NCBI GenBank assembly: GCA_016839785.1
Contig: JAEOTQ010000189.1
Span: forward strand, 1-54,134
Reading direction: 5' to 3'
From: Candidatus Hodarchaeota archaeon
Lineage (GTDB): Archaea > Asgardarchaeota > Heimdallarchaeia > Hodarchaeales > Hodarchaeaceae
DNA length: 54,134 nt
The notes below the pieces were generated by a model. It searched no databases, was not told the DNA's origin, and was given only the letters and a program-made list of their open reading frames with translations. Positions within the stretch are counted from its first letter, which is position 1; each line of letters begins with the position of its first letter. The position numbers and the translations under genes are program-made. Positions 40,296 through 49,867 of this stretch are shown piece by piece.

Positions 40296-40787
40296 TTATT
40301 TTGAGTATCCTATATAGCCGAAATCGTCGTCTTCTTCAACCATATCCCAGAATTCTTGAACATTTAATGTGAGTTTTTCAACGATCATCTTGTGGATCGT
40401 TTTTAATAACGCGTGGTGTTTGATTTCATCATTGAGGATAGCTTTCACAATGATTTTTTCTGTTTCGTCATCCAAGGTTTCAAAATATTCTTGATAGGTC
40501 TTAATCGCTTGAGCTTCCAATTGGATATGTTCAGTGATACTATCTTTGATATCCTGACCAATTTCCTCTGAAACTGACGGAGTAGCTTTGGTATGCATAC
40601 TTACCAATGCACTTAACATGCTAGCATGCTTCTTTGAATCAAGAGCTATACTCTGTACGAGTTCGCGAATAAGGATATTTTCTGTGTCTTTAACTGCGTT
40701 TTCAGCTTTATCATAGATAACGTTTTCTAAGTCGATTTGCTGGTTGTAAAAATCTACTCTCTCTTGCTTACTCATAGTCTTTCTCAC
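40296..40787 (-). CDS. Ferritin-like (rubrerythrin-like) four-helix protein
   Basis: Paired E...D/ExxH motifs (LEN...DSKKH; LEA...DEIKHH). Confidence 0.78.
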   Translation of the reverse strand: MRKTMSKQERVDFYNQQIDLENVIYDKAENAVKDTENILIRELVQSIALDSKKHASMLSALVSMHTKATPSVSEEIGQDIKDSITEHIQLEAQAIKTYQEYFETLDDETEKIIVKAILNDEIKHHALLKTIHKMIVEKLTLNVQEFWDMVEEDDDFGYIGYSK

Positions 40788-40911
40788 CTAAAAAAGTTAG
40801 ATAGGCATTTGCTTTTTCGCTCTTATATAATTAATTCGGTTAATCTGGTTAGGGAAGAAAACTTATTAGAAAGGGCCAGATAATCACACCAAATCAATCT
40901 TGGTGATTAAA

Positions 40912-42264
40912 ATGTCATGGAAAGATATTAAATTGCTGTATGGGGATGATTTAATAACCGATTTTATCCCAGCCGATATGAATGCCAAAGTACTTGAAGC
41001 TGAAGGCATTACACCGAATTTTACAGATGTACGGGTTAGATTCAGCTATGTGCTGAATAACCCTGTTGATTCTGAACCATTAGAAGAAATGGTTAAGAAA
41101 CGTGAAAGACCAACAATAATGATACTAGTAGACGATGCAACCCGCCCAAACAAGCATACTAAAGTGCTCTTACCCATGCTATTAGAAAAATTATTTGATT
41201 ACGGTGTGGAGAAGGGAAATATCCGGATTATGGTAGCCTCGGGAAGTCAGTCCCCTCCATCAGACGAGTTGCTCGAAAATAAGATTTTGGGCTCGGAAAT
41301 CTATCAAGCGTGGAAGAACAATGTTATAATACATAAACAGGCTGAAAATTGTAAAAATCTAGGAACTTCAGCTCTCGGGACACCTATTGAAGTGGATATT
41401 GATGTCCTAGAATCAGGATTGGTCATTGCTGTTACTGATAGCGAGTACCATTACTTTGCTGGAGTCGCTGGAACGGTCAAATCGTTTTTTCCAGGATGTT
41501 CGGGTAAGGAAACAATTGCTCGAAACCATCCACAAATGTTTGATCCTGTTCATGGTTTTAAACCTGAATGTCGTCTTGGAAATACCAAGGGAAATCCCGT
41601 TATCCAAGATATGATTGAAATGGCGAAGATGACGAAAAAATTGGTGCCTGTATTTTGTATTGATGCAGTTCTGGATGGCGAGGATAATATTGTCATTCTT
41701 AACGGTGGAGACATTAATTCTCTACATGAACAAGTTCTAGAAGAATTAAAGCCACTTAGAATTGTGAATGTGGATGAACCCGCTGATCTAGTTATTGTCT
41801 CCACTGGAGCGTTATCTATTAACCTGTACCAAGGTGGAAAAGGATTCCATGCTGGATGGAATGCTGTGAAAGAAGGTGGTGATGTTATACTTCTTGCTCA
41901 TTGTCCCTTAGGTGTTGGTTCTGATAATTATAAGGACACTATGATTGAGATACAAAATATGGATCTTGATGAAGCCATGGGTTATGTTATCGAAAACAAA
42001 TGTAGTATTGATAACTTCAAGATCGGGAATCAAAAAGTGGTTGACCTCATCAGAATTTTAAAGCGGTGTACGTGTCATATGATCACAGAAATGGATCAAA
42101 AGGAACTAGAAGAGATATTCCGAATTAAATATGTTCCACATACTGGAAGTATTCAACAAAGTCTCCGTGATTGGCTTAACAACTTCAGGGAACAAAAAAA
42201 CCGTGATCCACTAGTTTATGTCCTTCCTGACGCAGGAAATTACATAAATGTGAAGAATAGATAA
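40912..42264 (+). CDS. larA: LarA-family nickel-pincer-dependent racemase/epimerase
   Basis: LVDDATRP, LGTSALGTP, HYFAGVAGTVKSFFPG, IARNH, NLYQGGKG and CPLGVG motifs. Confidence 0.85.
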   Translation: MSWKDIKLLYGDDLITDFIPADMNAKVLEAEGITPNFTDVRVRFSYVLNNPVDSEPLEEMVKKRERPTIMILVDDATRPNKHTKVLLPMLLEKLFDYGVEKGNIRIMVASGSQSPPSDELLENKILGSEIYQAWKNNVIIHKQAENCKNLGTSALGTPIEVDIDVLESGLVIAVTDSEYHYFAGVAGTVKSFFPGCSGKETIARNHPQMFDPVHGFKPECRLGNTKGNPVIQDMIEMAKMTKKLVPVFCIDAVLDGEDNIVILNGGDINSLHEQVLEELKPLRIVNVDEPADLVIVSTGALSINLYQGGKGFHAGWNAVKEGGDVILLAHCPLGVGSDNYKDTMIEIQNMDLDEAMGYVIENKCSIDNFKIGNQKVVDLIRILKRCTCHMITEMDQKELEEIFRIKYVPHTGSIQQSLRDWLNNFREQKNRDPLVYVLPDAGNYINVKNR

Positions 42265-42617
42265 TTTCTTCCTCCTCTCTTTTTTCTTATTCTAACTCAA
42301 TAGTTTCTTTCATTATTTGTAGATAAGTTCTTTAAGGAAGGTTTCTTGTTTAGAAAATCTAATACAATTTTGATTGATTTTAAATTCAGTTTGAATCGAA
42401 AAATTCGAAAGAGTCTCTTTTTAGAATCGCTGATCAAATTTTCCCACAACAGAAATCATAAGGGTCAATAAATGGTGGTACATATTAATTTCGAGAAAGG
42501 ATTAAGTTTTTGGTTAAGAGTTAAGTAAATCAGAAAGAGAATAAAGTGTGCTGAATGTGGTGAAAGAATATCAAAAGATCTATAGAAGTACCAAGAGAAA
42601 GTACCCTTAATTTTCTA

Positions 42618-43676
42618 GTGAATCTAGCGACTCTATCTCTATTTACTTTTATTCCCTTGTGGGGTAGGGAACTAAATCTAACAAACGAAGAAATTGCTCT
42701 CGCTGCCACTTTATATGCAGTAGTTGCATTTACCACTAGCATAATTACTGGACGATTATCCGATATCTTAGCAACAAGAAAATTCTTTGTGGTAGGGGGA
42801 TCACTAACAGGAGCAATTACTTTAATAGGATTACTTATTCCAGACAAATTTTTTTTCATACTCTTCCGAGCTGCGGGTGGATTAGGCTTTGGAATGCTCA
42901 TACCATCTTTGGTAGCTCTTGTATCCGATAAACAGAATAAAATTGGTAGCTTTTCATCCTTTGGGTCATTTGGTTGGGCCCTAGGGGTACTTGTTAGTGG
43001 GATTTTGGGTTTGTTTTGGCTCCCTTCAATTTTTATATTCGGTGTTCTTGCACTCACAGGTGCAAGTGTATTAGCTATTACCTTAGAAGACGAGTACTCA
43101 TCTAGTCGACAATTAGTCCAAGACCAGTTAGTTAGAATATTCTGGGAACGCAAATCAGCTTATCTCTCGCTAGGGATAAGACATAGCTTTGCCAATGCAA
43201 TTTGGACCTTTTGGGCTTTATTTTTAGCAGACTTAGGAGCAAATACGTTCTGGATAGCAATTATACAGTTTACAAATGCTTTTACACAGTTTATTATCAT
43301 GCAAAAATATACTGATCGTTTAAAGAGTGAATCAATGATCACTTTAGGCCTTTTACTTTCAGCTGTAGCGTTTTTTAGTTTCACAATCCCCCCTGATTTC
43401 TGGGGAATCATTCCTATGCAAATTATATTGGGGATATCTTGGGCTTTCTTGTATGTTGGTACTCTTCGTTATAGCATGGAAAAAACTGAGTATGACAAAT
43501 CTACGTCAGCAGGAATTCTTGCGAGTACACAAGCTATTTCAGGTATATTTGGATCAGTTATTGCCCTTGTTGTCATCTCAGTAGGTGGGTCGTACATTGA
43601 TCTCATGTACATTGCAACTATTGCAACAATATTCACCTTAATTGGGTTTGTAGTTAACCGATCTCAAGGAAATTAA
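42618..43676 (+). CDS. MFS transporter
   Basis: GRLSDILATRK motif A-like loop and about 12 TMs; the frame is open upstream to 42564. Confidence 0.88.
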   Translation: MNLATLSLFTFIPLWGRELNLTNEEIALAATLYAVVAFTTSIITGRLSDILATRKFFVVGGSLTGAITLIGLLIPDKFFFILFRAAGGLGFGMLIPSLVALVSDKQNKIGSFSSFGSFGWALGVLVSGILGLFWLPSIFIFGVLALTGASVLAITLEDEYSSSRQLVQDQLVRIFWERKSAYLSLGIRHSFANAIWTFWALFLADLGANTFWIAIIQFTNAFTQFIIMQKYTDRLKSESMITLGLLLSAVAFFSFTIPPDFWGIIPMQIILGISWAFLYVGTLRYSMEKTEYDKSTSAGILASTQAISGIFGSVIALVVISVGGSYIDLMYIATIATIFTLIGFVVNRSQGN

Positions 43677-43747
43677 TGATTACTGATAGGAAAAGTCAAA
43701 TTGGAACCCTTGGTCGATCATTAGGAATCCTAAGATAGAAGCCAAAT

Positions 43748-44286
43748 TTAACGTACCATCAGGAGTGCATACCTATTCATTACTTCTGTATACTCGGTCA
43801 GAACCTTAATTGGGTATCCTACCTGCTTAACTGTAGAAAATAAATCTACTCCTAATGCTTCTGGGGTTGGTCGTGACTGTTTAGGATGGTTAAAATCCCT
43901 TAAATAACTTGTACATTCTTCACATATAGAACAGTTATCCACAGGTAGCATAAAGGCTTTTACATAACCTTTTAAGAAAACCTTATTCTCAAGCTTTAAC
44001 AACTTCATATTTATTGTTTTTAACCATTTATGCCTTTCCTCAGGATCTTCAAATTGCTTTTCAATATGAAATATCACTGATTCTTCATATTCTTGGAAAA
44101 TTTTTTACAATCTTTTATAGAAGGAGTGTTAGGAGGACAAGATGCATTTTGTCCAAAATCTGGACAGCCAAAGGTACATTTCATTCGTACCCAGTGAGCA
44201 ACCACAATTTTCTTTGGATCATTCCACTTAAAATCGTCAAATCCCTTCTATCGAAAGATTTCTTCTAAATCTTGCTTGAATGACAT
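43748..44286 (-). pseudogene. DUF2284 family Cys-rich metal-binding protein, interrupted
   Basis: WVRMKCTFGCPDFG..SCPP, CSICEEC and SRPTPEALGVD motifs; in-frame TAG at 44248-44250 and a frameshift in a T run at about 44097-44100. Confidence 0.82.
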
Positions 44287-44492
44287 ATTTGTAAAAACTT
44301 CGTTCCAGAGTATAAGTCTTAGGACTTCGGTAAAACCAGAAATTGAAAAGACTGAAGAAAGGAAAAGATTACTGTCTCAAAGGAAAAATAAAATTATTAT
44401 TCTCGAATGATTAATTATCTGGATTCTTTACCGATATAGTAGTGTTAATAATCCTGCAAATTCTTATAAATTTCAAGGAAGTTCTGGATAGT

Positions 44493-46145
44493 ATGTCAGG
44501 AGAACACAAACATACTGACTTTGACTTTCAACAAGTAGAGCAACTCATCAAGGAGGGAAAGCTCGACGAGGCGAAGAGGAGCCTTGCTTTCTTTAAGGAA
44601 AAGGAAGACAAATCACTTAGTCATAGAACAAAGGTTACTCTTCTCAAAGGTCAGATCAATAAAGCGAAAGGGAGTTTGGATCAAGCTTTAGTAACCTTCC
44701 AGAAGAGTTTAACGATGAGTGAAGAGCTAGGTGATAAACTCCAAATTGCTAAATCGTTAGATGGCATTGCACGAGTTTATTCCAGCAGAGGAATTAAAGA
44801 TCGTGCATTAGAATATTTTGAGAAAAGCCTGAACCTATTTAAGGAGATTGGTGATGCCCACGATATTGCATGGAGCTTTTGGAATATTGGATCCATTTAT
44901 TGTAAAGCAGGAGATTTAGTAAAATCCTCAGATTATTTTGAGCTTAGCAAACAGTTTTTTGAAAAAATTGGGGATAATAAAGGGAATGGTCAGGCACTAT
45001 ATTGCTTGAGTGCAATGGCGCATGACAAAGGGGAACTGGATCGCGCTTTGGAGTATCAAAATCAAAGCTTAATTCATTATAAGAAAGTAGGCAACACGAT
45101 TAAAATTTCTAAATCTTTTATCAAATTAGGGTTTATTTTTATTTCAAAGGGGGACCTTAATCAGGCTCAAGATTATCTTCAACAGAGCCTTGAAATCTCC
45201 GAGGGAATTGATGCACATCATAAAGCATGGGCTCTAGTAGGTATAGGTGAAATTTATCGCCTGAAAGGAGAACTAGATCGGGCTTTAAAATGTTTAAAAC
45301 AGAGTTTAGCTCTACGTGAAGAATTTAGTCAAAATCAGGACATTGCTGAATGCCTATACTATATAGGTAAAATTTTATTACAACAAGGAGAATTGAATCA
45401 AGCATGGGAATATCTAGAGAAAAGTTTAGGTCTTCTCGAAGAAAAAAATAATTTCTTATTTATAACAGGCATTCTTCTTGATTTGATATCATTAGTAATT
45501 GAACAAGAAGAACACGAACAATCAAATAAGTACTTACATCGTTTAAAATTGATAAATGATCAAGAGAAAAACATGATTATTAACCAACGTTATCGATTAG
45601 CACGAGCTTTGATCTTAAGAGATAGTCCTCGGATTAGAGATAAAGCGTTATCTCAAAAAATATTCCAACAAATAACTGAAGAGGAAATTGTAGATCATAG
45701 AATTACAGTTGCTGCAATGTATAATCTTTGTGAATCACTATTAGATGAACTCAAAGCCTACGGAGAAAATTCAGTAATGTTAGAAGCAAAATCTTTAGCA
45801 AAACAGATAACTTCTCTAGCCCAAAAGCAATTTTCTTCCCTCTTAGCTATCGATGCGTTGATTTTGCAAGCCAAATTGGCTCTGGTAGAGGGAAACCTTA
45901 GTGATGCCGAGGAATTCCTTGAACAAGCTAAATTCACCGCTGAAGAAAGAGATTTAGGAAAATATATCATCTCAAAGGTATATGCTGAGAAAAGAAATCT
46001 TGACGATCAATATGATGAATGGGAAAATTTAATCAAATCTAACGCATCGTTTAAGAAACGATTAGAACAAGCACAGCTGAAAGATTATCTTTATGAAGCA
46101 TTAAAATTAGCACGTGTAGGAAAAGACCACAAAATCTGTGAATAA
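44493..46145 (+). CDS. Tetratricopeptide-repeat protein
   Basis: About 7 tandem 40-aa repeats of the type A.SL..IG.IY...G.LD.ALEY..KSL, then a helical C-terminus. Confidence 0.9.
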   Translation: MSGEHKHTDFDFQQVEQLIKEGKLDEAKRSLAFFKEKEDKSLSHRTKVTLLKGQINKAKGSLDQALVTFQKSLTMSEELGDKLQIAKSLDGIARVYSSRGIKDRALEYFEKSLNLFKEIGDAHDIAWSFWNIGSIYCKAGDLVKSSDYFELSKQFFEKIGDNKGNGQALYCLSAMAHDKGELDRALEYQNQSLIHYKKVGNTIKISKSFIKLGFIFISKGDLNQAQDYLQQSLEISEGIDAHHKAWALVGIGEIYRLKGELDRALKCLKQSLALREEFSQNQDIAECLYYIGKILLQQGELNQAWEYLEKSLGLLEEKNNFLFITGILLDLISLVIEQEEHEQSNKYLHRLKLINDQEKNMIINQRYRLARALILRDSPRIRDKALSQKIFQQITEEEIVDHRITVAAMYNLCESLLDELKAYGENSVMLEAKSLAKQITSLAQKQFSSLLAIDALILQAKLALVEGNLSDAEEFLEQAKFTAEERDLGKYIISKVYAEKRNLDDQYDEWENLIKSNASFKKRLEQAQLKDYLYEALKLARVGKDHKICE

Positions 46146-46241
46146 GAAACTAGCATCGCAACATAAAATGTTTAACTTAAAGCTATTCAATTTTTTATGA
46201 GACGACTATCTCAGTATCTTGAAAGAACAAGGTGAGACATT

Positions 46242-46778
46242 GTGAATGATTTAGAAAAAGTAGAAATTATTGTAAATTCTTTTCTGGAGCAATATGGAGC
46301 AGCATTTAAGGCTGTAGAAAAAATTATTAATCTATGTCCAGATAATTTATGGACGGAGCTAAAAACTGGACCTGAATTTTATAAGATAATCTACCACATT
46401 TTGTTTTTTGCAGATATTTATCTTAGTTCCTCCAAAGAGGAAAGTGACAGTTTTTCTCCAAAATTTAATCACGCAGAAGATTTTCGAGTTTCAAAAGAGA
46501 ACTTTCACCCCAAAGAGTGGAAAAAACCATTATCGAAGAGTGAGTTACTAGAATATCTCGACGAAGTCAGGATTAAAGCTCAAAAGAAGATTGAGAATCT
46601 TTCTATCGAACAGCTGGTTTCAGAGTCAGTTTTTGAGTGGCACGGATCCTCACAATCAAGTTCTTTGATCTATAATCTGAGACATATAATGTTACATATT
46701 GGAGCACTGCAAGCGAGGTTACGGATCGATGGAGTTGGTGGGAGATTTTGGGTTAGTCGAAGTTCAATCATCGAATAG
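46242..46778 (+). CDS. DinB family protein
   Basis: CPDNLW, IIYH.LF..D.YL and YNLRHIMLHIG (His triad). Confidence 0.82.
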   Translation: MNDLEKVEIIVNSFLEQYGAAFKAVEKIINLCPDNLWTELKTGPEFYKIIYHILFFADIYLSSSKEESDSFSPKFNHAEDFRVSKENFHPKEWKKPLSKSELLEYLDEVRIKAQKKIENLSIEQLVSESVFEWHGSSQSSSLIYNLRHIMLHIGALQARLRIDGVGGRFWVSRSSIIE

Positions 46779-46782
46779 TGAA

Positions 46783-47808
46783 ATGAAAATTTTGAAGAAG
46801 ATGGAATTAGTGAAAGTTAAAGCGAATCCAAAGGCTAATCGACCTATAGATGTGAAGGATGAAGTACTTGAAGCTGAAAAACGGATCCGAAGTTACATCA
46901 GAGAGACACCCCTCGAATTTTCACCCAGTTTGAGTAAGGAAGGTGGGTGTTTGGTCTATCTTAAACTGGAGAATCTTCAGCACACAGGATCGTTTAAAGT
47001 GCGTGGAGCCTTCAACAAAATACTCTCCATTCCCAAGCAAAAGGAAGTCGTAACTGCTTCTTCTGGTAATCATGGATTAGCTGTTGCATACGCTCTCCAT
47101 ACTCTTGGAGGAACAGGGACAATTTACTTACCTACTACTACAGCTCAAGTCAAAATTGAAAAATTGAAAGATTTTAATGTTAACATTGAGAATTTTGGCT
47201 CAGATTGTGTCGAAACAGAAGTGTTTGCAAGAAATACAGTGGATCATTCTGATGAAAAAGAATTTATTTCCCCATATAATGATCCACAAATAATTGGGGG
47301 ACAAGGTACAATTGCAGTAGAGCTACAACAGCAATTATCAGAAATAGATGTAGTTTTTGTAGCTGTAGGTGGTGGAGGATTAATTTCAGGAATTGCAGGT
47401 TATTTAAAAGAATATAATCCAGATATAGAAATCGTTGCCTGTCTTCCTGAAAATTCAGCGGTAATGTATCATTCAATCAAAGCAGGAAAAATACTTGAAA
47501 TGGACAGTAAATCAACATTGAGTGATGGTACGGCAGGAGGGATTGAACCAGGAGCAATAACCTTTGAACTGTGTCAGCGGCTCGTGGATCACTTTATCCT
47601 TGTAACAGAGGAAGAAATTAAAAACGCAATGATATACGTGATCGAAAATCATCATATGATCGTGGAAGGAGCTGCAGGGGTTGCAGTTGCATCTTTTCTG
47701 AAAGAAAAGAAATGGTACAAGGATAAGAATGTTGTGTTAGTTATATGCGGTGGAAATATTGGCTTTGATCGATTGAAAGAGCTGATATGTAACCCAGACA
47801 ACCGCTAA
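46783..47808 (+). CDS. Threonine/serine dehydratase family PLP enzyme (no regulatory domain)
   Basis: LKLENLQHTGSFKVRGA, ASSGNHG, GQGTIA.E, VGGGGLISG and ICGGN motifs. Confidence 0.92.
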   Translation: MKILKKMELVKVKANPKANRPIDVKDEVLEAEKRIRSYIRETPLEFSPSLSKEGGCLVYLKLENLQHTGSFKVRGAFNKILSIPKQKEVVTASSGNHGLAVAYALHTLGGTGTIYLPTTTAQVKIEKLKDFNVNIENFGSDCVETEVFARNTVDHSDEKEFISPYNDPQIIGGQGTIAVELQQQLSEIDVVFVAVGGGGLISGIAGYLKEYNPDIEIVACLPENSAVMYHSIKAGKILEMDSKSTLSDGTAGGIEPGAITFELCQRLVDHFILVTEEEIKNAMIYVIENHHMIVEGAAGVAVASFLKEKKWYKDKNVVLVICGGNIGFDRLKELICNPDNR

Positions 47809-48102
47809 ATGGTTTATAATCAACCTGTATAAATCCTTGTGGAAACCTCTCTAGTAATGAAATAATTCCCATTTAGATATCTCAAAGTTACACAATACAA
47901 TTTTGCATTTATCACTAGAATTAACATCTCAAAATGAGGACAGACTGCTGTAGAAAATATAATTTACAGTTAAAAATTGGTCGTAAAACTTACGTTTTAA
48001 GACGTATTAACTTGTCCATCAAAATTTATCATTATTAGCTATTATCAAATTAGTACATCAACGTTTCGTGGCCACACCAGTCCTCGTGTTTATTTCTAAC
48101 AG

Positions 48103-48810
48103 TTATTTCCGAGTGGAGAAGGGGAACCCTTTCTTTCGCTTTCTCAAAATGTATGTTGATAACATTACTAGGAATACTTGTAAAGGGAAAAATTCGAATC
48201 CTGATATAAGACCTGGTGATCCAGCTGTAAGTTCCATTTCTGTCAAGGTATGTGTAGCATTCGTTTGTTTGCTATAAGAATAGACATGCCATCCAGTTTT
48301 CCAATTCTTTTCATCGATAGAGATATAATCCCCACTTTCGGTATATAATTCATGAGAAATGACTAGAAGATCCCCATTTAAAGAATAGTTATTGAATTTC
48401 CCAGAATTAAGTTTTGCGTACTCCTCCCAATAACTTTTATTATCTGTTGTTTTAGTTACCACACTAGCTTCTTTAGTAGGAAATTTCACTCCATTCAGCG
48501 ATATTTGAATTAATGCATTATCATCCAAGGCGATGATTTCATATTCCACGGTCGATCCTTTTTTTACTGTCAATTCGACCTTTGACCCGTTCTCTGCTGT
48601 GTGCATACCAGTAATAGTATGGGCACTACCATCTTCATCTGGATCATAGACATTAAATACCTTGGTATAAGTCATTTTCTTTATATCACCTACCTCTACT
48701 TTCCATTCAAATTCTGAATCGTTTGTAACAGTCATTGTTGCAGAAACAATTGAGGTATATACTAAAAGTAATATAATGAAGGTGAAAAATATAGTTAATT
48801 GTCTATTCAC
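48103..48810 (-). CDS. Secreted surface protein with a C-terminal anchor
   Basis: Signal peptide, beta-rich domain, SGFE-TM-RKRKK tail. Confidence 0.7.
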   Translation of the reverse strand: MNRQLTIFFTFIILLLVYTSIVSATMTVTNDSEFEWKVEVGDIKKMTYTKVFNVYDPDEDGSAHTITGMHTAENGSKVELTVKKGSTVEYEIIALDDNALIQISLNGVKFPTKEASVVTKTTDNKSYWEEYAKLNSGKFNNYSLNGDLLVISHELYTESGDYISIDEKNWKTGWHVYSYSKQTNATHTLTEMELTAGSPGLISGFEFFPLQVFLVMLSTYILRKRKKGFPFSTRK

Positions 48811-48992
48811 GAGAGATCCTCCTTTCGTTACTTCAATAAGTACTTCTTACAATATATGGAATAAGAGCGAGGAATAATTATTATAAATCTACTGGAGATT
48901 TCTTGAGTTGCGAGGTCTCTAGACTTGGGAATTCATTAGTAGGATCTCTTTGTAGCAAATATTTCTAGGTGTAAGAGATTGGAGGTAGATAT

Positions 48993-49715
48993 TCACTTTC
49001 CTGTAAGTAACTTCGATCTAAGATAATTCAATCCTTCCATTAGAAGATCTTGATTCAATTCACAGACTTTAAGAGGCCTAATCCACTGTAATTGCTTTGT
49101 TTCCCATTCTTCATTTCCAATGATCTTATCCTCTGATGATAAAACATTACTTAGTGTCTCAACTTCCACAATCAAGCATGTACCCAACTTAGACGCTTCC
49201 CGAACCATTGCCACTAAACAGAATGACTCCTGATGTACCTCAATTGATATTTCCTCTCTTAGCTCCCGCATACATGCTTCTAATATTGAATGTGCGCTAT
49301 CTCTTTTTTCGAATATTCCTCCAGGTATTGCCAAGTAACCTGGTTTATATTCAGATGTGTGGGCTCTTTCCCCAATCAGAAAGTAAGAATGTGAAGGATC
49401 TGTTATGATTGTTTGAAATCCTAAACTACCATATTTTGGAACCCTAAGATTTTCCATTAAGTGAACTTGAATGCTTGAGAATCGAATGGTTTGGGTATAA
49501 AGGGTGAGAAAATCTTTCTCTAGATTGAAATTGTCTAAAACTAAAATTTCTCCATCATATAAATGAGGATACTGTTTACACAGTGAGTTCCATAGAATCT
49601 TTCGTCGTTCCTCAAATGATGGGGAAAAATCAAAGGTTGAGTTTGGATCAAAAACCCAAGTAACCGATGAAAGCGGAATCCGACCCTCCCACAAGATTTC
49701 TTCGATATCACCCAT
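48993..49715 (-). CDS. NUDIX hydrolase
   Basis: Nudix box PGGIFE...ACMRELREEISI. Confidence 0.85.
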   Translation of the reverse strand: MGDIEEILWEGRIPLSSVTWVFDPNSTFDFSPSFEERRKILWNSLCKQYPHLYDGEILVLDNFNLEKDFLTLYTQTIRFSSIQVHLMENLRVPKYGSLGFQTIITDPSHSYFLIGERAHTSEYKPGYLAIPGGIFEKRDSAHSILEACMRELREEISIEVHQESFCLVAMVREASKLGTCLIVEVETLSNVLSSEDKIIGNEEWETKQLQWIRPLKVCELNQDLLMEGLNYLRSKLLTGK

Positions 49716-49867
49716 AAGTATCAGTCATCTACACACCAGTTTAAGGAGATAAGGGAAGAATTCCCTGAATTAGGGTTTTTTCTTATGTTGTTATTCTAAA
49801 GCGGATACAATGGTTGCAGTAATCTAATATATCTTAAAAGCTATCATTTTCAATAATTCATTCTCCA

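Noticed and set aside
42530-43153. 207-aa minus-strand ORF
   Set aside because: Antisense shadow of the MFS gene; the same applies to most short overlapping ORFs in the track.
7884-44250. Stop-codon reassignment or pyrrolysine readthrough suggested by in-frame TAA/TAG codons (7884, 9110, 14950, 28825, 44248)
   Set aside because: TAA and TAG terminate conserved genes at expected positions (hdrA, acnA, icd, aclA, aclB). Most affected genes also carry frameshifts, and no pyl genes are in the window.
48880-48995. Possible MITE with ATCTAC/GTAGAT ends
   Set aside because: Only a 6-bp inverted match, no target-site duplication and no second copy seen.
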